A stretch of 32,000 nucleotides of DNA from Promethearchaeota archaeon. GTDB lineage: Archaea > Asgardarchaeota > Lokiarchaeia > Sigyniarchaeales > Promethearchaeaceae. The stretch is from the NCBI GenBank assembly GCA_016933055.1, contig JAFGBS010000027.1:90001-122000 (forward strand). The letters are read 5' to 3'. The notes below the pieces were generated by a model that saw only the letters and a list, made by a program, of their open reading frames with translations, was not told where the DNA came from and did no database searches. Within the stretch, counting starts at the first letter, position 1, and every line of letters starts with the position of its first letter. Made by a program: the position numbers and the translations under genes. Below, one piece after another: positions 8,418 through 17,454 of the stretch.

Positions 8418-9770
8418 ATGGATAAGAAATTTGATATAATCATTATTGGTGGCGGTCCATCAGGTCTCTATTTTGCATGGAAAATGGCAGAAAAGGGGTT
8501 TTCCATACTGGTGGTGGAAAAACGGGATAAAATCTGGCATTATATCGATAGCTTTCACTTTGATAGCGAGAAATTCGCAGAATTTGATATTCCTGAACCA
8601 GAAAAAAATAGTGAAGAGTTTGTTACCATAAAAGAGCTTAGTATAAACCTTTCTCCTTTCGGAAATTATCCCAAATATATCATTTATCCATTTCACGTAT
8701 TAAGGCTACCGTATTATCTTCAACGTATTGCAGAATACGGGAAAAAAGCGGGAGTTCAATTTCAGTTTAATACAACATATGTTGGTCCCAAACTCAAAAA
8801 AGGTAAACTTATTGGAATCTATGCGGAAACTACTGAGGGAAAACAACTAGAACTTTTTGGGAAATTAATTGTAGACGCTACTGGTATAACTGCCTCCGTA
8901 CGAACCTCACTTCCAGATTATTACGGGGTAGAAACCTTTGTCGTACGACCCGACGAGTTATTCTATGTACTTTTAAAATATATAAAATGGGCTGGTGAAG
9001 AATCTATTGCCGATCAAGGGTGGACCTTTTATAAAACGTGGATTGCACCCAGTCCAGAGGGAGATGCCATCCTAGGAATAGGACAACCTCTAAATTATGA
9101 CAACTGCGATCAAGTGTTAAAAAAATTCTTTGAGCATATAACTATTCCAGAATATACAGTAATCAAGGAAGAGAGAGGAAGGACTCCCTATAGACGCCCC
9201 CCATTTTCTCTTGTAGCGGATAATTTTTTGTGTTTAGGAGATGCTGCATGTTTGACCAAACCATTTTCAGGAGAAGGAATTACGAGTGGTTATACCGTAG
9301 CCAAATTAGCTATAGATGTGGTTGAAAAAGCCTTAAAGATTGACGATCTAAGCACCTCTGCTCTATGGAATATAAATACTTCGTATTTTCGCAATCAAGG
9401 CGCGAAATTTGCAGGAATGTTAGCTCAGATTCCAGTCGCTGCGAACACTAGTATGAAGGAAATGGAATATTTGTTTAAAAAAGATGTCATCTTTTCCGCA
9501 GAAGATTTTACTTCAATGAATCGAGAATATGAGATCAAATTACCAATAGGAAAAATTCTCCAAATAGCTTTTATTTTGTTTTGGGGTGTTTTAAGTGGTA
9601 AATATTCCATGCATGGTTTACAATCTCTGCTTTCTTCGATGAAAATATCGGGAACTATACGTAAGCATTATGAAGACTATCCGGATTCTCCAGACAGATT
9701 CCCGCAATGGAAAAAGCAAGCGAGTACCTATTGGGACCTAGTGCCAAAAATGCAATTATCTGAGATATAA
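8418..9770 (+). CDS. FAD-dependent oxidoreductase, geranylgeranyl reductase-like family
   Basis: Rossmann 'DIIIIGGGPSG...VVEK', 'IVDATG', and 'LGDAACLTKPFSGEGI'. Confidence 0.85.
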   Translation: MDKKFDIIIIGGGPSGLYFAWKMAEKGFSILVVEKRDKIWHYIDSFHFDSEKFAEFDIPEPEKNSEEFVTIKELSINLSPFGNYPKYIIYPFHVLRLPYYLQRIAEYGKKAGVQFQFNTTYVGPKLKKGKLIGIYAETTEGKQLELFGKLIVDATGITASVRTSLPDYYGVETFVVRPDELFYVLLKYIKWAGEESIADQGWTFYKTWIAPSPEGDAILGIGQPLNYDNCDQVLKKFFEHITIPEYTVIKEERGRTPYRRPPFSLVADNFLCLGDAACLTKPFSGEGITSGYTVAKLAIDVVEKALKIDDLSTSALWNINTSYFRNQGAKFAGMLAQIPVAANTSMKEMEYLFKKDVIFSAEDFTSMNREYEIKLPIGKILQIAFILFWGVLSGKYSMHGLQSLLSSMKISGTIRKHYEDYPDSPDRFPQWKKQASTYWDLVPKMQLSEI

Positions 9771-9892
9771 AAATGCTATCGAATGAGGATTTTATGCATG
9801 GGATCGTGACCTGTTAGATGAAATCCGAGAAATATTAACTGAAACTTTACTATATCAACGCTTAGATACGTATAGTTCCTACTTTTATTCCC

Positions 9893-9900
9893 TTTTTTTT
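9893..9900 (+). terminator. Oligo-T tract, candidate archaeal intrinsic terminator downstream of the VOC/GGR-like genes
   Basis: T8 run in a pyrimidine-rich patch about 120 nt after the stop at 9770. Confidence 0.3.
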
Positions 9901-10080
9901 CTCTTTCGCACTACGTTATCAGATCTACTCCCCAACTAGTTGAGCATTGTAGTAGGTTCGATCACAAAGGAGTACCTTTTATCCTATACAGTTTATGTTA
10001 TTCATTTCCATATGTTGACTAGTTAAATTCTATGCTGTGATATCCAAAAATTTTACGTAGGTGACAGAGAGTATATAGTA

Positions 10081-10210
10081 AGAAGTGGGGTCAATTTGGA
10101 GGGAGGCTAGATACATGAAAATGCCTCATGTTTCGCACTCGGCTTTTGAACTATCTTGGATAGGTGTTTGACTTCCTCCCACGTTCCCGCAACGAGGACC
10201 GACCTATTCT
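10081..10210. other. GC-rich self-complementary intergenic element (structured RNA or IS200/IS605-type end remnant; unassigned)
   Basis: Nested inverted repeats GGTC/GACC (10089-92/10197-200) and GGGAGG/CCTCCC (10101-06/10175-80), plus hairpins ACATGA/TCATGT (10113-18/10126-31), CTATC/GATAG (10151-55/10159-63) and CGTT/AACG (10182-85/10191-94). Confidence 0.4.
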
Positions 10211-10380
10211 ACATCTGAACGAGTATTGAATTGGTGTGAATTCGTAAATTGATTCTGGTTTATAGGTTTGAGGGTTTTTTATAACAGTATCATGTTAAAG
10301 GACTTCAATTTTTGATGAATAGACCCTATAGATGTTGATGCCTTAATAAAAAAAGGCAAGAAATTGGATTAAACTTATTT

Positions 10381-11535
10381 TTAATTAAATAATTGCTTAA
10401 ATTCTTCAGAATCGCGTATATTTTTAAAATCCTCGTCATCTTTGGCATAATCCTTGTATCTAGCGTTTCCTTCGATTGCTTTTTTCAACCATCTGATGCT
10501 CTCTTCAGCGTTACCAAGAGCAGCTAAAACACAACTGAGATTATACATGCAATTTATATCAGTGGGATCTATGATTAGGGCTTTTTCAAACACTTCACGC
10601 GCCTTCTCTTTCTGCCCTAGGTATAAGTGGCAATATCCAAGAAATATCCAAGCTTCCCCATTATCCGGCATATAACGAACGATTTCGTTCAAAGGAATTA
10701 AACAATCATTGTATTTCTTATTCTGGAATAAATCATGAACCTTTCGAAACTTTTTTTCTAGTTTATCAGCATCGGAACGAACTTTTCCCACAGGAGCCGT
10801 GTACAAACTGATTTCATCATATCCATTAATTCCGAGAAATTCGTCCATACCATCTTGATCATACGCTACAATAGCACATGTTCCTGCAGGAATAGCCTCA
10901 CATGCGAGATAGAGATTCTGGCAGATATGCCCGGCAGATAATAGGATATCTTTCAGAGAATCTCTGCCATATTTCCACTCCGTTCGAGCTGGACGTGCAG
11001 CCCAGATATACACCACAGCAGCTTTATTCACTAAATTTTGACCATGCAAAAGATTCTTAATTATTGGTATTAAATCTGGTTTATTTTGGATGATTGGTAA
11101 TAATTTATGTTCGATTGGCAAGTAACGATATACACCTGGTTCTATTCCGATGACTTGAAATATTGCAATGTAGGTTTCAAATGGGTGGAGAGCACCTCCT
11201 GAAGGCACGGTTCGAAATGAATTTACACCATTAGGTAAAATCTTCTTAATTCCTTGTGTGCACCACAGTAAAAATGATAATTCTTCTAATGAAATAGCTT
11301 CCCCAGTGAAAAAACGTCGACTTTGACGATTATTTATTGCCTCCACTAATTTTACATTTTCTCCAATTTTAAAATCCTTGGGGTTTACTAAATCAATTAA
11401 TTTAGCACCTTCTGGATAGGATTTTTCAATTGGTGGTGCTGGAATTCCTTTCTGCATATCTGCTGGTTCCGTTTCGACAAAATTCTTTAAATGGATTCGA
11501 TATTCCATTTTTCTTTTATGGTTTTGTTCACTCAT
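10381..11535 (-). CDS. SagB/ThcOx-family nitroreductase (FMN-dependent) fused to C-terminal TPR repeats
   Basis: 'NRQSRRFF', 'ISLEELSFLLW', 'RTVPSGGALHPFETY', 'AGHICQNLYLACEA'. The C-terminal ~120 aa are TPRs ('AWIFLGYCHLYLG..EKAREVFEKAL', 'YNLSCVLAALG..EESIRWLKKAI'). Confidence 0.9.
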   Translation of the reverse strand: MSEQNHKRKMEYRIHLKNFVETEPADMQKGIPAPPIEKSYPEGAKLIDLVNPKDFKIGENVKLVEAINNRQSRRFFTGEAISLEELSFLLWCTQGIKKILPNGVNSFRTVPSGGALHPFETYIAIFQVIGIEPGVYRYLPIEHKLLPIIQNKPDLIPIIKNLLHGQNLVNKAAVVYIWAARPARTEWKYGRDSLKDILLSAGHICQNLYLACEAIPAGTCAIVAYDQDGMDEFLGINGYDEISLYTAPVGKVRSDADKLEKKFRKVHDLFQNKKYNDCLIPLNEIVRYMPDNGEAWIFLGYCHLYLGQKEKAREVFEKALIIDPTDINCMYNLSCVLAALGNAEESIRWLKKAIEGNARYKDYAKDDEDFKNIRDSEEFKQLFN

Positions 11536-11755
11536 GCTAAAAACCTATATTACGTGTATATGGTAGATATATTTGTGGTATCGAACGCACAGTACATAAT
11601 TCAATTACGCTTTTTATCTTTCAAATTACAATATTAGCCTATTCCACTGCCGTGTTAAACATTATAGTAGGTTTGATAGCATAGGAATGCTTAATCCTTG
11701 TTTTGGTCTATGTTACTCGTTTCCTGATGCTTAAATGACAATGGATTGTTCTAAA

Positions 11756-12961
11756 TTATTCTTTAAAAAACCGATGTAATTTTACGTTTCGGATTTTGTC
11801 ATCCAAATTCTTAATTTTATATATCCGGGTCAATATTTCAGCGGATTTTTCCAACGATTGTCCTGTAAACCGGTTTTTTACATGCAGATCGTAACTTTGT
11901 TCAGCACATTCTTGAGCATCGTCATACTGATTCAATGATAGGTAAATTTCACTTAATCGATTCAAAGATTTTGCCATTTTGAATGTATTTTGTGCTTTTC
12001 GATTTAACTCATATCCTATCTCAGCGATTCGTAATGCTTCAACATGTCTCTTATTTTCCACATAACCTTGAATTAGGCAATTTTCTACGTCCTCATCAAA
12101 TTCGGGGGGTAAGTTTAATTTTTTCACGTACTCATAATCAGAAATTAAATCAAAAATCTGTAACATAGCTTGTAAACCCTGCATATGGAATTTTTGAGTA
12201 TTAATCATTAATTTGCTCTTTAGATAACCCAAATAAAGTTTAGACGTATCTTCTTGATGTTTAACACTAAATATTAATGTATTATCTATGGTTTTGATAA
12301 GTGACTCATGTTTAGAGCTTAATTTGCAGTAATCTGAGGAAAATGCATCAACTTGTAATTTAATTTGAGAAATACTCTTCGAAAGGGATCGCAGACAACT
12401 TGGACACACTTGATCAATTTCATAAATTTGAGCGTCAGAAGTTTTTACGTTATTCATTAATGATTTACAATCTTTGCAACGTTTAGAGGTTACATGTTCC
12501 TTAAGACCTGGATCAATCAAGCTATATATTTGCTGAATCAGTTTTTCCTTGTAATTTCGAAATCTCAAATGAATCTTAAGCCAATCACTTACAATTATTC
12601 CAAAAAACTGCAGAACCTCAGAATGGGGAGCCAATATTTCATATTCAATATTGAGATTCACTTTAGCTCGAGAATCCGTATTAGTAACGTACAAAGTTTG
12701 AATATGTGCTGATTTTAATGCTATTTTTTGTTTGGTTTTCCCATCTATAAGTATTAAGAATGGATAATCTTCATGATATGCTAAATTTGTGACGTAAGGT
12801 AAATTTAAGTTAAGAGTTTCAGCTGGACGAGATACTAAGAGATCATATTTTTCGTCGGTCTCTTTGACAAACAATTGATTTAGATCCCTATATTGAATAT
12901 AAATATTGATGGGAATAGTTTTCAGCTTATATACTAAGTTTTTGTCAATAATGTCCATCAA
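11756..12961 (-). CDS. Hypothetical protein with a CxxC-x20-CxxC motif and a C-terminal TPR-like helix pair
   Basis: 401-aa ORF containing 'CKDC...CPSC' and 'AKSLNRLSEIYLSLNQYDDAQECAEQS'. Confidence 0.7.
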   Translation of the reverse strand: MMDIIDKNLVYKLKTIPINIYIQYRDLNQLFVKETDEKYDLLVSRPAETLNLNLPYVTNLAYHEDYPFLILIDGKTKQKIALKSAHIQTLYVTNTDSRAKVNLNIEYEILAPHSEVLQFFGIIVSDWLKIHLRFRNYKEKLIQQIYSLIDPGLKEHVTSKRCKDCKSLMNNVKTSDAQIYEIDQVCPSCLRSLSKSISQIKLQVDAFSSDYCKLSSKHESLIKTIDNTLIFSVKHQEDTSKLYLGYLKSKLMINTQKFHMQGLQAMLQIFDLISDYEYVKKLNLPPEFDEDVENCLIQGYVENKRHVEALRIAEIGYELNRKAQNTFKMAKSLNRLSEIYLSLNQYDDAQECAEQSYDLHVKNRFTGQSLEKSAEILTRIYKIKNLDDKIRNVKLHRFFKE

Positions 12962-13233
12962 ATTTACGAAATCCCGTTTTATGTTTTTAAAGAAGAATTC
13001 TGGTTAAACAGATTAAGGACTATGAAAATAAAAATATTTGGCTCTCTATCCTAGTATCGTATTAATTGTTCTTAGTATAGGACGAATTTCGTCGAATTTT
13101 TCTATCCGAATTCTTAATAAGTTCAAATAATTGAATGATTAAATAACAAAATAATTAATGAAATTTCAAAACGCATCACATTCCGTAATTCCATAGGAGA
13201 AACATTGATAAGGTCAAAATTGTTCAACTACAT

Positions 13234-13563
13234 ATGGTAGATTATTGCCATCATGGTTTTATCCGAGATCTATGCGATATCTGTAGACTGGAAGCTTCCC
13301 ATAAGTTGCCTTTAAGTTTAGTGGATGATATGAAACACTACGATTTATTACGTCCGAAAGTTCAAATAAAAGATAGCTTATCGAAACTGATATCTCCAGA
13401 TTTATCCATTCGACCAATAAAACCTCCAGAATCCGTTATTCACTCATCGATAGATCCAAGCAAGCATTTCCTTGATAAGAAAAGAAACCTTGTTACTCAG
13501 AGTGATATTGAGATAGGTACGGAGATTATTAATCTTAAAAAGAAATTTCTTATGAAAAAGTAA
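13234..13563 (+). CDS. Hypothetical protein with an N-terminal Cys/His cluster (CHH-x6-CxxC)
   Basis: 109-aa ATG ORF beginning MVDYCHHGFIRDLCDIC. Confidence 0.65.
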   Translation: MVDYCHHGFIRDLCDICRLEASHKLPLSLVDDMKHYDLLRPKVQIKDSLSKLISPDLSIRPIKPPESVIHSSIDPSKHFLDKKRNLVTQSDIEIGTEIINLKKKFLMKK

Positions 13564-13763
13564 CATAAATAATTAGTCAACATCTACCGAGTTTTATATA
13601 ATCATTTTTCATCAATTTTCCCAAGTATGTAGATGTTAAAGGGGTAACAGTATAATCCGAATAGGTAACACAATGTTCAAAAGGGTCCGTTCGGGTATGT
13701 GGTTCGGAAGTTATGCGATTTTCGGATTGAAAAGGCAAATACATACGAAAAACCGATAAATTA

Positions 13764-13778
13764 GGAAAAAGTTTATAT
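13764..13778 (+). promoter_or_regulatory. Candidate archaeal BRE + TATA box upstream of the aminotransferase
   Basis: Purine run GGAAAAAG directly followed by TTTATAT, about 120 nt upstream of ATG 13901. Confidence 0.35.
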
Positions 13779-13900
13779 CACGGGATAGATATGAACAAGT
13801 CTTTTTTTTGCATAATTATCTGAATAAACAATTAGGTAATACTTTAAAATTTAAGAGCGTAATTCTTTTTGTCCTATATAGTGAAAAAAAAGTTGATTTA

Positions 13901-15094
13901 ATGCAGTACTCCGACAGATTACATAATTTAGGAACCGAGATGGCTTTCAGTGTATTACAACAGATTCAGAGTTTCCCGCAGGAACGCCAGGAAAACATTA
14001 TTTCCTTTGCTATTGGAGAACCGGATTTTGATACTCCAGAACACATAAAAAATGCAGCAATAGAATCTTTGAAATCCAATCGAACACATTATACTCCCTC
14101 GGCAGGAATACCAGAATTGAGACAAGCTATTGCAGATTATTATACTAAAGAACGCAATTTCCCTGTGGCAATGGAAAATGTGTGTGTATTATCTAGTGCA
14201 AAACTTGTTGTAAACTTCTCAATTTTAACTTGTACAAATCCAGGAGATGAAGTAATTTATCCAAATCCGGGTTATCCCGTATATGAAAGTCAAGCTCGTG
14301 TATTTGGGTGTAAACCAATCCCGGCACCCTTAATTGAGGAAGAAGAATTTGGCTTTGATATAGATAGATTGCGCAGCCTGATTACAGGTAAAACCCGAAT
14401 GATAATCATCAATAACCCAAATAATCCTTGTGGAAGTGTTTTATCATCTCATCAATTGGAAGCATTACGAGAAATTGCCTTAGAGCATGATTTGTGGATT
14501 ATTTCAGATGAAATCTATTCTAATCTCGTATATGATGGAATGAGATTTCGATCAATTGCTGAACTTCCAGATATGGCAAATAGAACAATTATATTAGATG
14601 GATTTTCGAAATACTATGCCATGACAGGATGGAGGTTGGGATTTGCAATCGCAAATCAAGATGTAGTGAAAAATTTTGCAAATTGGGCTACAAACACGAT
14701 TTCATGCTCTGCAACGTTTATCCAAGACGCCGGAGTGGTTGCAATTACATCAGATAAAGCCCCTAGCAATGCAATGGTTCAACAATTCGAACGTAGAAGA
14801 AACTTAATGTGCGAATTAATTAATGACATTGAAGGAATAAGTTGTATAATTCCAAAAGGTGCATTTTATGTGTTTGCTAATGTGACCGAAGCATGTAAGA
14901 AGAAGAATTTTCGGGATGCCACCCAATTTCAACAAAGATTATTAGATGAACAAGATGTTGCAGTTTTATCTCGCGATTATTTTGGCACTCGAGATCCAGA
15001 TGAAACCCAAGAGTATATTCGATTTTCTTATTGCGTCAGTCGGGATGATATTGAAAAAGGAATCGCTCGTATCAAGAAATTTATTGAATCTTAA
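13901..15094 (+). CDS. PLP-dependent aminotransferase class I/II (aspartate aminotransferase-like)
   Basis: 'IGEPDFDTP', 'HYTPSAGIPELR', 'NNPNNPCG', 'SDEIY', and the PLP-lysine motif 'GFSKYYAMTGWRLG'. Start placed at ATG 13901. Confidence 0.95.
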   Translation: MQYSDRLHNLGTEMAFSVLQQIQSFPQERQENIISFAIGEPDFDTPEHIKNAAIESLKSNRTHYTPSAGIPELRQAIADYYTKERNFPVAMENVCVLSSAKLVVNFSILTCTNPGDEVIYPNPGYPVYESQARVFGCKPIPAPLIEEEEFGFDIDRLRSLITGKTRMIIINNPNNPCGSVLSSHQLEALREIALEHDLWIISDEIYSNLVYDGMRFRSIAELPDMANRTIILDGFSKYYAMTGWRLGFAIANQDVVKNFANWATNTISCSATFIQDAGVVAITSDKAPSNAMVQQFERRRNLMCELINDIEGISCIIPKGAFYVFANVTEACKKKNFRDATQFQQRLLDEQDVAVLSRDYFGTRDPDETQEYIRFSYCVSRDDIEKGIARIKKFIES

Positions 15095-15171
15095 TCAATT
15101 TTATCTTTCTCTTCATTTCAAAGTAATATATTATATAAAAAATAAAACAAAAAGAAAAGAAAAGATAACTA

Positions 15172-17115
15172 TCATTTTTTGAATTTACGGAATGCAATTA
15201 GTACAGAAATTCCCATTATTGTAAACAAAAAGATAGGTGTAGAATAACCCGGGATTATCCGATCTGGCGTTATATTCACGTGAATCAGTTCTAACCCATC
15301 ATCACCGGTGGAATAGATAATATTTTCTCCTATGACTCGGATCAATTTTACCGGATCTTCATTGTATTTTGCTATCAAAGTTATTTCTTCCGGAGCTGAT
15401 ACATCTAGGATTAATATTCCCGTTCCCACACCTAAGAAAACGACGTCTTCTTTTATTGCGAAACCTATATGGGGAAGAGCCAGCACTGACCGGTATTCAC
15501 CCAACTTAGTCGGTTCTTCAGGGTTGCTGATATCATATATTGCTAAACCATTCACATCGGATATGATGTACGCAAGGTTCCCATGCACTTCTATCTTATC
15601 CGCTAAATAGAAATCGATGATACTTATTATTTTGATACTCGTTGGATTACTAACATTTAGAATATATACACCATATTCAGGATCAATAGCATATACTAAG
15701 GAATTGTCAGCACAACCTCCTTTTATACCTCCATATTGAGTGTGATTATATCGACCCAAGAAGGAAGGGGAACTGGGAGTTGCAACATCCACAATTTGAA
15801 TACCATGGTTTTGGAATAAATACAAATTTGAATCACGAATTGCGACACCAGTTGTGACTTCTGTATAATTTCCCACTTCTACAAGTTCGGTGTTCAATAT
15901 AATAGTGCTTAAATCACTCCTTGCGTAGAGATTTGTGCCTTGGAATACTAGATTATGTACAGGAGTAGAATCAAACCCAGTGCCTAACACTGGCGCAGTT
16001 GGGTTAGAAAAATCAACCTCTAATACTCCCTCTACTCCTATAGCAGTATATACAGTATTGCCTGAAATCACAATATCTTCAATGAGAGCTTCATTATCTA
16101 TTCGAGAATATTCGGTCGGATTAGCGGGATCAGAGATATTGTAAATCCCTACTCCCTTCTCAAATTCTGCAGCAAAAGCATAATTCCCCTCTATATGAAT
16201 CCCTAATCCTCTTCCATTATCTATGCCTCCAACTCGGGTTGGATTGAATGGAACTGATACATCAATTATTTCAAATCCATCTTTACTGGATACATAAGCA
16301 TAAGAACCAGAAACCGCTACCGAATCTAAGGACTTAAAGGGTAAATTGTATCTTCCTAACAACGTAATATTTGAGGGATCTGATATATTGAGTATTTCCA
16401 AACCCTCTTCACTATCAGTGAGATATACATAATCTCCTGCAATATCGATGTCATAATTTAAACCTGAACCCGAATAACTCCCTAATAAAGCAACATTGGG
16501 ATGAGGATCGAGATCGGGCCCATCAGATACATTGATAATTTTCATACCGTAATATCCTGAAGCATAAACATAATTTCCCACAATCTTTAATGCAGATAGA
16601 TCAATCGGATAGTTATCGTAATCATTACGAAGTCGTTGCCTGGTCTTATCAGTAATGTCTATTATCTCTAAACCCTCAATCCCATCGGCAAGATATGCAT
16701 AATTTCCCATTACAATAACTTCAGAGGCATGTCCACGTGTACTATCCCGATAAGAACTGAGGACCATTGGTTCGGTCAAATCTGAAATATCTAATATATA
16801 CAATCCCATGATACCCGCCGCTACATATGCATAATCTCCATCTATATAAACTGATTCTACAAATCCGATATCATCGATCTCACCAATTTTTACTGGAGAA
16901 GATAACGTAGAAATATCATAAATTCGAAGACCCCCTGTGCCCGTACTTATAAAAGCAGTGGAACCCGAAACGTAAACATCCTGTGCGGAACCATCTAATA
17001 TATCTCCTAACCTCGTTATTTCTGCGGTAGCTGCTGACCCAAAGGAAGTAACTACTGGAAGTACCATGAGGAATATAATTGTTCCATAGAGAATTATATT
17101 CTTTTTTAGTTTCAT
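15172..17115 (-). CDS. Secreted/surface LVIVD-repeat (beta-propeller) protein with a Loki-CTERM-type C-terminal sorting signal
   Basis: N-terminal signal peptide (MKLKK + hydrophobic + AATA). Roughly a dozen '(Y/F)AYVA.G..GL.I.DISDP..P' repeats. C-terminal 'IPGY' + TM helix + RKFKK. SD-like AGGAG just upstream of the ATG. Confidence 0.9.
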   Translation of the reverse strand: MKLKKNIILYGTIIFLMVLPVVTSFGSAATAEITRLGDILDGSAQDVYVSGSTAFISTGTGGLRIYDISTLSSPVKIGEIDDIGFVESVYIDGDYAYVAAGIMGLYILDISDLTEPMVLSSYRDSTRGHASEVIVMGNYAYLADGIEGLEIIDITDKTRQRLRNDYDNYPIDLSALKIVGNYVYASGYYGMKIINVSDGPDLDPHPNVALLGSYSGSGLNYDIDIAGDYVYLTDSEEGLEILNISDPSNITLLGRYNLPFKSLDSVAVSGSYAYVSSKDGFEIIDVSVPFNPTRVGGIDNGRGLGIHIEGNYAFAAEFEKGVGIYNISDPANPTEYSRIDNEALIEDIVISGNTVYTAIGVEGVLEVDFSNPTAPVLGTGFDSTPVHNLVFQGTNLYARSDLSTIILNTELVEVGNYTEVTTGVAIRDSNLYLFQNHGIQIVDVATPSSPSFLGRYNHTQYGGIKGGCADNSLVYAIDPEYGVYILNVSNPTSIKIISIIDFYLADKIEVHGNLAYIISDVNGLAIYDISNPEEPTKLGEYRSVLALPHIGFAIKEDVVFLGVGTGILILDVSAPEEITLIAKYNEDPVKLIRVIGENIIYSTGDDGLELIHVNITPDRIIPGYSTPIFLFTIMGISVLIAFRKFKK

Positions 17116-17337
17116 ATCTCCTTATCTAAACTGGACAATATAAAACATTTTTCGTATCATTCATGGAATTCTGGGTAGGTTTATGATCATCCAAAGATAT
17201 TGATCGAAAAATAAGTAAATCTTACTGATTGGAGGATAATGTTACGATCCACACATTTATTAAATACCTTGTTTATGTACGTATTGTAAGTGTGTAAAAT
17301 ATCGTTAAAACAGACGTAATACAACTTATCATTTTAA

Positions 17338-17393
17338 GCCGGTGTGTCCGGGGAAATCCTTTTTAATTCATTAGCCGCGTGTGTCGGGCGCTA
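17338..17393. repeat. Two GC-rich imperfect direct repeats, each a hairpin with a TGTGT loop
   Basis: GCCGG-TGTGT-CCGG at 17338-17351 and TAGCCGCG-TGTGT-CGGGCGCTA at 17372-17393, in an otherwise AT-rich divergent intergenic region. Confidence 0.55.
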
Positions 17394-17454
17394 TTTTTAA
17401 CCAATCATCAATCATATAAATTTTAAAGGAATGCATACAAAAGGGAAAATCAAA

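Noticed and set aside
9787-9939. 50-codon open frame (GFYAWDRDLLDEIREIL...) after the GGR-like gene
   Set aside because: No start codon in frame and no recognisable family; it may be a remnant, but that cannot be supported.
9945-9970. GGTTCGATC resembling a tRNA T-loop
   Set aside because: No closing G-C pair or 5-bp T-stem, and no acceptor, D or anticodon arms around it.
10097-10150. Partial similarity to the SAM-I riboswitch (TGGAGGGA...ATGAA) and to 5S rRNA loop C (CTCATGTTTCGCACTCGG)
   Set aside because: The SAM-I P1 'ATC' and 'GCAACC' elements and the 5S helix III partner are missing. The site is also not upstream of a gene start.
10160-10210. Minus-strand hairpin + GGGAGGAAGTC resembling the RNase P P3/P4 start
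   Set aside because: No complementary P4 partner or 'ACAGAA..GGCT' 3' motif was found 200-350 nt downstream.
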